This document shows, in pieces, positions 37,790-47,527 of a DNA stretch of 47,527 nt (position 1 is the stretch's first letter; each line of letters starts with the position of its first letter). The notes below the pieces were generated by a model. It saw nothing but the letters and a program-made list of their open reading frames with translations. It did not search any database and was not told where the DNA came from. The stretch comes from Octopus sinensis (lineage: Eukaryota). The stretch lies in contig NW_021834189.1 of NCBI RefSeq assembly GCF_006345805.1, forward strand, positions 1 through 47,527. The letters are read 5' to 3'. A program made the position numbers and the translations under genes.

Positions 37790-38191
37790 ATGTAGAATAT
37801 TTCTTTATTCACCATAAGGTTGAGAAAAAGAGGGGACGATACGAGGACAGACAAAACAAACATTGGGGTCAGGGTATCGAATGAGACGAAACGTATGAAT
37901 AAACAAACAATTAAAATATATACAATTAAATGAGAATGAGTGATTAACAAAAAATGAAGCGGAGGACCCCACAAACCACATACTCACACTGAAGATTTTG
38001 CTTTCTCCTTTTTATATATTCTCGTTTAAACAGGTTCTTTCACTCGCAACATAGTTGCTATAGACTTCCATCTTTTACAAAACACACTTTGCGACAGGCA
38101 TTTCTTCTCCAGTCTTATTTTCCGTTTCATGTGGAAAACGAAAAAGTCGATTAGCTCAAGACTGGAGATGAATATGCCTGTTGCAATTCCT
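37790..38191 (-). pseudogene. 3' end of a second, divergent L1/Tx1-like LINE, cut off at the Merlin TIR
   Basis: GIATGIFISSLELIDFFVFHMKRKIRLEKKCLSQSVFCKRW aligns with GLETNTFLSGQSLNFFKYHLKRKVRVERQVLSSECF of the 27945-28394 ORF. Confidence 0.75.
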
Positions 38192-38400
38192 GGATCTTTT
38201 CATTTTGAAGGCCAGATTTTTCGGATTTTTCTAGTTAACTAAATAATTTGAAACTTCGTATACTAGTAGAATGTGTCAAAAGAAAACATTAATTTCAACT
38301 AGTTTTTTTGAGAAAAATGTATTTTATAAGTTTAAACGTAGTTTAAATCTACGAATTTTAACCAATCGTATTGTCTGTTTTCATTTGAAATCATTAACTG
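38192..38400 (+). mobile_element. Left terminal inverted repeat of Merlin DNA transposon
   Basis: Starts GGATCTTTTCATTTTGAAGGCCAG; homology to the 35560-35760 end stops exactly at GG; interrupts a LINE ORF; lies about 500 bp upstream of an IS1595-like transposase. Confidence 0.75.
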
Positions 38401-38699
38401 CATAATGTTACTGTGACGTAGACAGCTATTTTGTGAAAATTTGAAACAGCTATCGTTTGAAAATTTTAAACAGAGTCATTTAAAATTTTATACAAAACAA
38501 ATTTTTAATTTATTAGTTTAATGTGTCTTCCTTCATTTATTAAATGTGTATTGTATAAAAGTATTGCCTTGTAGACAGCTATCGTTTGAAAATTTTAAAC
38601 AGCGTGTGTAAGTAAGCAAAACAGAGGCATTTAAAATTTTATACAAAACTAATAACTTAGCTGTTTTACAAACAATAATTTTTAAATTCGTTGTTTAAA

Positions 38700-39559
38700 A
38701 TGGCGAGTCTAGGTGAATTGTTTGTTACGATAAAATCGGAGGCAGCAAAGGGTATTATACCTAGCAGTAAGAAGTGTAAAAAAGGGGGCACCAAATGATA
38801 AAGAAATTGGTAGCGAATAATGTTTGCTGGCGGTGTACCCGCAAAGGCTGCGATCAGAAGTTGTCTGTCCGGAAGGGAACATGGCTTGAAGGCTGCACGC
38901 TCCCTCTGCGGACTGTAGTCCTTCTTTTGTACTCTTGGGTCAAGGAACTGACTACAGTGCATTATTGTGTACAAGAACTGGGGATGAGCCACGCTTCAGC
39001 TGTGGATTACAACAATTATGTGCGAGAAATATGCGCGCATGGCTTGCTAATGAACCCAGTTGTAATAGGTGGTCCTGGGAAGATTGTCGAGATAGACGAG
39101 ACAGTCTTCTCTAGGAGGAAGTTTAATCGAGGAAGGGTGTTACCTCAGCAATGGGTATTCGGTGGGGTGTGTCGTGAGACCAGAGAAGTTTTCCTTTATG
39201 CAGTACCTTCTCGGAATCGCGACACACTCGAAGAATGCATCCGTCACTCGATCCTCCCAGGTACCACAATATTTAGTGACCTGTGGAGGGCTTATTCGCA
39301 TATTCCAGAGATCGAGGGATACAATTTTTGACATAGAACGGTGAACCACAGCGTCGAGTTTGTTAACTCCGTTGACAAAACACATACCCAACAAATAGAG
39401 AGCACTTGGGCGTGTTTAAAACGGGGTAACAAGCGGCGTTGTGGTACACATCGTTCTACGATTGACTCGTATCTCTGCGAATTCATGTGGCGGCGCAGAC
39501 ACGAGAAAAGTGACCTTTAGGAGAAATTGCTGGCAAACATTAGAAATTTCTCCAATTAG
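38700..39559 (+). pseudogene. Merlin / IS1595 (ISXO2-like) DDE transposase pseudogene
   Basis: N-terminal Cys/His region (KCKK, GHQM, WRC, GC..KLSVRKGTW), [57 protein letters not shown] and SYLCEFMWR. Frameshift near 38790 and stops at 39329 and 39518. Confidence 0.92.
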
Positions 39560-39655
39560 TTAATCCTTTCGGTACTATATTTCTGCCCAAAATACACTCC
39601 TCATAGGTTTCAATTGAATTGTAAATTAATCATAAATATAGACTAGTTTCCTTTG

Positions 39656-39743
39656 AACTGGGTTCATTAGCAGGTCATGTGTGCCTATTCCTCGCACATA
39701 AGTGTTATAGGCCACAGCTGCATTGTGGCTCACCCCCAGTTCT
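39656..39743 (-). repeat. Inverted, diverged copy of transposase segment 38974-39061
   Basis: Ungapped 88-bp alignment with 74/88 identities; encodes ELGVSHNAAVAYNTYVRGIGTHDLLMNPV versus ELGMSHASAVDYNNYVREICAHGLLMNPV. Confidence 0.93.
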
Positions 39744-39880
39744 ACTAAGGTTGTGGGTAACCACAAGATTTTTTTTTTTTTGTCCAGCTTCTTCACATTC
39801 TGCGTAACAGTTTGTTTCCGCAGTGATCACTTCAAATAAGCATGCTGAAAAATTGTTAATAACAAAAAATTGTTCATAAA
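39737..39880 (-). pseudogene. piggyBac-like (PGBD) transposase relic
   Basis: FYEQFF...FSACLFEVITAETNCYAE... then, after a frameshift in an A13 run, ILWLPTTLVEL; resembles the piggyBac N-terminal FF....IV.ETNRYA...W.PTT..E pattern. Confidence 0.5.
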
Positions 39881-40195
39881 AACATTTTTAAAGTTTTTAC
39901 AACATTATGGTGTAAATCGTCTTGTTGCCTCTTTCAGTTTCTTCAGAATCACTGCTTTCCCCTTTCATTCTTTTAAATATATTTGTGTAGGAATTGCCAA
40001 TTTCTTCTTCATGCCCTTACTTACAATTCTTAGTGCACGTTTTTTTCAGTGCTGCCGGGGTCGATATATTAAGTACCCGTTGCTTACTGGCCACATTGTA
40101 ATCGACTGGCGCACTTCCTCCAAAATTTCGGAACTTCTCCCAAGACTACCAAAAGAGGAAATTAAAAATTGATACAATCACTGTTTGTATCTTTC

Positions 40196-43100
40196 AATGA
40201 CACCATTGACTCTTCTTGTATACTTTGCATTTGCATCACAAGTTATGATATCCTGCATGCATCTATGTACCCTGCTTTCAAAGGTATTACACACCTGTTG
40301 CATAATTGCAGTGGTTCCATTGAATCTTCTTGTATTCTTTGCATTTGCATCACAAATTGTAATATCCTGCATGCATTTATGTACCCTGCTTCCAAATGTA
40401 GTACACACCTGTTGTACTATTGCAGTGCCTCCATTGACTCTTCTTGTATTCTTTGCATTTGCATCACAAATTGTAATATCCTGCTTGCATCTATGTACCC
40501 TGCTTCCAAATGTATTACACACCTGTTGCACAATTTCAGTGCCGCCATTGACTCTTCTTGTATTCTTTGCATTTGCATCACAAATTGTAATATCCTGCTT
40601 GCATCTATGTACCCTGCTTCCAAATGTATTAAACACCTGTGGTACAATTGCAGTGCCTCCATTGACTCTTCTTGTATTCTTTGCATTTGCATCACAAATT
40701 GTAATATCCTGCTTGCATCAATGTACCCTGCTTCCAAATGTATAACACACCTGTGGTACAATTGCAGTGCCTCCATTGACTCTTCTTGTATTCTTTGCAT
40801 TTACATCACAAATTGTAATATCCTGCATGCATCTATGTACCCTGCTTCCAAATGTATAACACACCTGTTGTACAATTGCAGTGCCTCCATTGACTCTTCT
40901 TGTATTCTTTGCATTTACATCACAAATTGTAATATCCTGCATGCATTTATGTACCCTGGTTCCAAATGTATTACACACCTGTGGTACAATTGCAGTGCCG
41001 CCATTGACTCTTCTCGTATTCTTTGCATTTGCATCACAAATTGTAATATCCTGCTTGCATCTATGTACCCTGCTTCCAAATGTATAACACACCTGTTGTA
41101 CAATTGCAGTGCCTCCATTGACTCTTCTTGTATTCTTTGCATTTACATCACAAATTGTAATATCCTGCATGCATTTATGTACCCTGGTTCCAAATGTATT
41201 ACACACCTGTTGTACAATTGCAGTGCCACCATTGACTCTTCTTCTATTCTTTGCATTTGCATCACAAATTGTAATATCCTGCTTGCATCTATGTACCCTG
41301 CTTCCTAATGTATTACACACCTGTGGTACAATTGCAGTGCCGCCATTGACTCTTCTTGTATTCTTTGCATTTGCATCTCAAATTGTAATATCCTGCATGC
41401 ATCTATGTACCCAGCTTCCTAATGTATAACACACCTGTGGTACAATTGCAGTGCCGCCATTGACTCTTCTTGTATTCTTTGCATTTGCATCTCAAATTGT
41501 AATATCCTGCATGCATCTATGTACCCTGCTTCCTAATGTATTACACACCTGTGGTACAATTGCAGTGCCGCCATTGACTCTTCTTGTATTCTTTGCATTT
41601 GCATCACAAATTGTAATATCTTGCTTGCATCTATGTACCCTGCTTCCAAATGTATTACACACCTGTGGTACAATTGCAGTGCCTCCATTGACTCTTCTTG
41701 TATTCTTTGCATTTGCATCACAAATTGTAATATCTTGCTTGCATCTATGTACCCTGCTTTCAAATGTATTACACACCTGTGGTACAATTGCAGTGCCTCC
41801 ATTGACTCTTCTTGTATTCTTTGCATTTGCATCACAAATTGTAATATCTTGCTTGCATCTATGTACCCTGCTTCCAAATGTATTACACACCTGTGGTACA
41901 ATTGCAGTGCCTCCATTGACTCTTCTTGTATTCTTTGCATTTGCATCACAAATTGTAATATCTTGCTTGCATCTATGTACCCTGCTTCCAAATGTATTAC
42001 ACACCTGTGGTACAATTGCAGTGCCTCCATTGACTCTTCTCGTATTCTTTGCATTTGCATCACAAATTGTAATATCCTGCTTGCATCTATGTACCCTGCT
42101 TCCAAATGTATTACACACCTGTGGTACAATTGCAGTGCCTCCATTGACTCTTCTTGTATTCTTTGCATTTGCATCACAAATTGTAATATCTGCTTGCATC
42201 TATGTACCCTGCTTCCAAATGTATTACACACCTGTGGTACAATTGCAGTGCCTCCATTGACTCTTCTTGTATTCTTTGCATTTGCATCACAAATTGTAAT
42301 ATCTTGCTTGCATCTATGTACCCTGCTTCCAAATGTATTACACACCTGTGGTACAATTGCAGTGCCGCCATTGACTCTTCTCGTATTCTTTGCATTTGCA
42401 TCACAAATTGTAATATCCTGCATGCATTTATGTACTCTTCTTCCTAATGTATAACACACCTGTGGTACAATTGCAGTGCCGCCATTGACTCTTCTTGTAT
42501 TCTTTGCATTTGCATCTCAAATTGTAATATCCTGCATGCATCTATGTACCCTGCTTCCTAATGTATTACACACCTGTGGTACAATTGCAGTGCCGCCATT
42601 GACTCTTCTTGTATTCTTTGCATTTGCATCACAAATTGTAATATCTTGCTTGCATCTATGTACCCTGCTTCCAAATGTATTACACACCTTTGGTACAATT
42701 GCAGTGCCTCCATTGACTCTTCTTGTATTCTTTGCATTTGCATCACAAATTGTAATATCCTGCTTGCATCTATGTACCCTGCTTTCAAATGTATTACACA
42801 CCTGTTGTACAATTGCAGTGCCGCCATTGACTCTTCTTGTATTCTTTGCATTTGCATCACAAATTGTAATATCCTGCTTGCATCTATGTACCCTGCTTCC
42901 AAATGTATTACACACCTGTGGTACAATTGCAGTGCCTCCATTGACTCTTCTTGTATTCTTTGCATTTACATCACAAATTGTAATATCCTGCTTGCATCTA
43001 TGTACCCTGCTTCCAAATGTATTACACACCTGTTGTACAATTGCAGTGCCGCCATTGACTCTTCTTGTATTCTTTGCATTTGCATCACAAATTGTAATAT

Positions 43101-46100
43101 CCTGCTTGCATCTATGTACCCTGCTTCCAAATGTATTACACACCTGTTGTACAATTTCAGTGCCTCCATTGACTCTTCTTGTATTCTTTGCATTTGCATC
43201 ACAAATTGTAATATCCTGCTTGCATCTATGTACCCTGCTTCCAAATGTATTACACACCTGTTGTACAATTTCAGTGCCTCCATTGACTCTTCTTGTATTC
43301 TTTGCATTTGCATCACAAATTGTAATATCCTACTTGCATCTATGTACCTTGCTTCCAAATGTATTACACACCTGTTGTTCAATTGCAGTGCCTCCATTGA
43401 CTCTTCTTGTATTCTTTGCATTTGCATCACAAATTGTAATATCCTGCTTGCATCTATGTACCCTGCTCCCAAATGTATTACACACCTGTTGTACAATTTC
43501 AGTGCCTCCATTGACTCTTCTTGTATTCTTTGCATTTGCATCACAAATTGTAATATCCTGCTTGCATCTATGTACCCTGCTTCCAAATGTATTACACACC
43601 TGTGGTACAATTGCAGTGCCTCCATTGACTCTTCTTGTATTCTTTGCATTTGCATCACAAATTGTAATATCCTGCTTGCATCTATGTACCCTGCTTCCAA
43701 ATGTATTACACACCTGTGGTACAATTGCAGTGCCGCCATTGACTCTTCTTGTATTCTTTGCATTTGCATCACAAATTGTAATATCCTGCATGCATTTATG
43801 TACCCTAGTTCCAAATGTATTACACACCTGTGGTACAATTGCAGTGCCGCCATTGACTCTTCTTGTATTCTTTGCATTTACATCACAAATTGTAATATCC
43901 TGCATGCATTTATGTACCCTGCTTCCAAATGTATTACACACCTGTGGTACAATTGCAGTGCCTCCATTGACTCTTCTTGTATTCTTTGCATTTGCATCAC
44001 AAATTGTAATATCCTGCTTGCATCTATGTACCCTGCTTCCAAATGTATTACACACCTGTGGTACAATTGCAGTGCCGCCATTGACTCTTCTTGTATTCTT
44101 TGCATTTGCATCACAAATTGTAATATCCTGCTTGAATCTATGTACCCTGCTTCCAAATGTATTACACACCTGTGGTACAATTGCAGTGCCGCCATTGACT
44201 CTTCTTGTATTCTTTGCATTTGCATCACAAATTGTAATATCCTGCTTGAATCTATGTACCCTGCTTCCAAATGTATTACACACCTGTGGTACAATTGCAG
44301 TGCCGCCATTGACTCTTCTTGTATTCTTTGCATTTGCATCACAAATTGTAATATCCTGCTTGAATCTATGTACACTGCTTCCAAATGTATTACACACCTG
44401 TGGTACAATTGCAGTGCCGCCATTGACTCTTCTTGTATTCTTTGCATTTGCATCACAAATTGTAATATCCTGCTTGAATCTATGTACCCTGCTTCCAAAT
44501 GTATTACACACCTGTGGTACAATTGCAGTGCCTCCATTGACTCTTCTTTATTCTTTGCATTTGCATCTCACAAATTGTAATATCCTGCTTGAATCTATGT
44601 ACCCTGCTTCCAAATGTATTACACACCTGTGTACAATTGCAGTGCGCCATTGACTCTTCTTGTATTCTTTGCATTTGCATCACAAATTGTAATATCCTGC
44701 TTGCATATATGTACCCTGCTTCCAAATGTATTACACACCTGTTGTACAATTTCAGTGCCTCCATTGACTCTTCTTGTATTCTTTGCATTTGCATCACAAA
44801 TTGTAATATCCTGCTTGCATCTATGTACCCTGCTTCCAAATGTATTACACACCTGTTGTACAATTTCAGTGCCTCCATTGACTCTTCTTGTATTCTTTGC
44901 ATTTGCATCTCAAATTGTAATATCCTGCATGCATTTATGTACTCTTCTTCCTAATGTATTACACACCTGTTGTACAATTGCAGTGCCGCCATTGACTCTT
45001 CTTGTATTCTTTGCATTTGCATCACAAATTGTAATATCCTGCATGCATTTATGTACTCTTCTTCCTAATGTATTACACACCTGTGGTACAATTTCAGTGC
45101 CTCCATTGACTCTTCTTGTATTCTTTGCATTTGCATCTCAAATTGTAATATCCTGCATGCATTTATGTACTCTTCTTCCTAATGTATTACACACCTGTGG
45201 TACAATTGCAGTGCCGCCATTGACTCTTCTTGTATTCTTTGCATTTGCATTTCAAATTGTAATATCCTGCATGCATTTATGTACTCTTCTTCCTAATGTA
45301 TTACACACCTGTGGTACAATTGCAGTGCCGCCATTGACTCTTCTTGTATTCTTTGCATTTGCATCACAAATTGTAATATCCTGCTTGCATCTATGTACCC
45401 TGCTTCCAAATGTATTACACACCTGTGGTACAATTGCAGTGCCGCCATTGACTCATCTTGTATTCTTTGCATTTGCATCACAAATTGTAATATCCTGCTT
45501 GCATCTATGTACCCTGCTTCCAAATGTATTACACACCTGTTGTACAATTGCAGTGCCTCCATTGACTCTTCTTGTATTCTTTGCATTTGCATCACAAATT
45601 GTAATATCCTGCTTGCATCTATGTACCCTGCTTCCAAATGTATTACACACCTGTTGTACAATTGCAGTGCCGCCATTGACTCTTCTTGTAATCTTTGCAT
45701 TTGCATCACAAATTGTAATATCCTGCTTGCATCTATGTACCCTGCTTCCAAATGTATTACACACCTGTTGTACAATTTCAGTGCCTCCATTGACTCTTCT
45801 TGTATTCTTTGCATTTGCATCACAAATTGTAATATCCTGCTTGCATCTATGTACCCTGCTTCCAAATGTATTACACACCTGTTGTACAATTGCAGTGCCG
45901 CCATTGACTCTTCATGTATTCTTTGCATTTGCATCACAAATTGTAATATCCTGCTTGCATTTATGTACCCTGCTTCCAAATGTATTACACACCTTGTACA
46001 ATTCAGTGCCTCCATTGACTCTTCTTGTATTCTTGCTTTGCATCACAAATTGTAATATCCTGCTTGCATTTATGTACCCTGCTTCCAAATGTATTACACA

Positions 46101-47527
46101 CCTGTTGTACAATTTCAGTGCCTCCATTGACTCTTCTTGTATACTTTGCATTTGCATCACAAATTGTAATATCCTGCTTGCATCTATGTACCCTGCTTCC
46201 AAATGTATTACACACCTGTTGTACAATTTCAGTGCCTCCATTGACTCTTCTTGTATTCTTTGCATTTGCATCACAAATTGTAATATCCTGCTTGCATCTA
46301 TGTACCCCTGCTTCCAAATGTATTACACACCTGTTGTACAATTGCAGTGCCTCCATTGACTCTTCTTGTATTCTTTGCATTTGCATCACAAATTGTAATA
46401 TATCCTGCTTGCATCTATGTACCCTGCTTCCAAATGTATTACACACCTGTTGTACAATTGCAGTGCCTCCATTGACTCTTCTTGTATTCTTTGCATTTGC
46501 ATCACAAATTGTAATATCCTGCTTGCATCTATGTACCCTGCTTCCAAATGTATTACACACCTGTTGTACAATTGCAGTGCCTCCATTGACTCTTCTTGTA
46601 TTCTTTGCATTTGCATCACAAATTGTAATATCCTGCTTGCATCTATTACCCCTGCTTCCAAATGTATTACACACCTGTTGTACAATTGCAGTGCCGCGGC
46701 CATTGACTCTTCATGTATTCTTTGCATTTGCATCACAAATTGTAATATCCTGCTTGCATCTATGTACCCTGCTTCCAAATGTATTACACACCTGTTGTAC
46801 AATTTCAGTGCCTCCATTGACTCTTCTTGTATTCTTTGCATTTGCATCACAAATTGTAATATCCTGCTTGCATCTATGTACCCTGCTTCCAAATGTATTA
46901 CACACCTGTTGTACAATTTCAGTGCCTCCATTGACTCTTCTTGTATTCTTTGCATTTGCATCACAAATTGTAATATCCTGCTTGCATCTATGTACCCTGC
47001 TTCCAAATGTATTACACACCTGTTGTACAATTTCAGTGCCTCCATTGACTCTTCTTGTATTCTTTGCATTTGCATCACATCACAAATTGTAATATCCTCT
47101 TGCAATCTATGTACCCTTCTTCCACATGTATTACACACACCTGTTGTACAATTGCAGTGCCTCCATTGACTCTTCTTGTATTCTTTGCATTTGCATCACA
47201 AATTGTAATATCCTGCTTGCATCTATGTACCCTGCTTCCAATGTATTACACACACCTGTTGTACATTGCAGTGCCTCCATTGACTCTTCTTGTATTCTTT
47301 GCATTTGCATCACAAATTGTAATATCCTGCTTGCATCTATGTACCCTGCTTCCAATGTATTACACACCTGTTGTACAATTCAGTGCCTCCATTGACTCTT
47401 CTTGTTTCTTTGCATTTGCATCACAAATTGTAATATCCTGCCTGCTTCATCTATGTACCTGCTTCCAAATGTATTCACACCTGTTGTACAATTTCAGTGC
47501 CTCCATTGACTCTTCTTGTATTCTTTT
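40196..47527. repeat. 114-bp tandem repeat array, about 64 copies, running off the window end
   Basis: Unit CCATTGACTCTTCTTGTATTCTTTGCATTTGCATCACAAATTGTAATATCCTGCTTGCATCTATGTACCCTGCTTCCAAATGTATTACACACCTGT(G/T)GTACAATTGCAGTGCC(T/G). The first units are diverged and there are no unique spacers. Confidence 0.98.

Noticed and set aside
39751-39781. Rho-independent terminator (TTGTGG-GTAA-CCACAA plus T13)
   Set aside because: Eukaryotic TE context; the sequence is better explained as part of the piggyBac-like relic on the minus strand.
42476-44653. 725-aa and other long ORFs as real CDS
   Set aside because: They arise from a 38-codon tandem unit open in several frames on both strands, each frame being interrupted elsewhere in the array.
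40196-47527. CRISPR-like repeat-spacer array
   Set aside because: The whole 114-bp unit is repeated with only point variants; there are no unique spacers or cas genes, and the context is eukaryotic.
45980-47527. Rising indel density as biological decay of the array
   Set aside because: Scattered 1-5 bp indels increasing toward the window end look like low-coverage long-read consensus error; this cannot be resolved without reads.

Overview
AT-rich, microsatellite-dense eukaryotic (metazoan) DNA made almost entirely of transposable-element debris. The SINE and LINE set resembles an octopus/cephalopod genome, which is my inference from recognised repeat motifs. I can support no intact host gene. 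Recognisable elements are RTE-clade, R4/Dong-like, L1/Tx1-like and CR1/L2 LINE fragments, several tRNA-derived SINE families (some with clear TSDs), Penelope-like terminal fragments in (TA)n tracts carrying hammerhead-like motifs, a Tigger/pogo transposase pseudogene, Helitrons (a head-to-tail dimer, a Rep fragment and a copy with a PIF1 helicase), and a Gypsy 3' end. The last 9.3 kb appears to be a Merlin (IS1595/ISXO2-like) DNA transposon inserted into a Tx1-like LINE. It contains a left TIR, a decayed DDE transposase, an antisense copy of part of that transposase fused to a piggyBac-like relic, and then about 64 copies of a 114-bp tandem repeat that runs off the window end. The strongest leads are this Merlin/array composite, the variant-core minimal hammerheads, and a hairpin conserved in structure but not sequence at the ORF2 end of two divergent Tx1-like LINEs. 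All identities were counted by eye; no searches were run.
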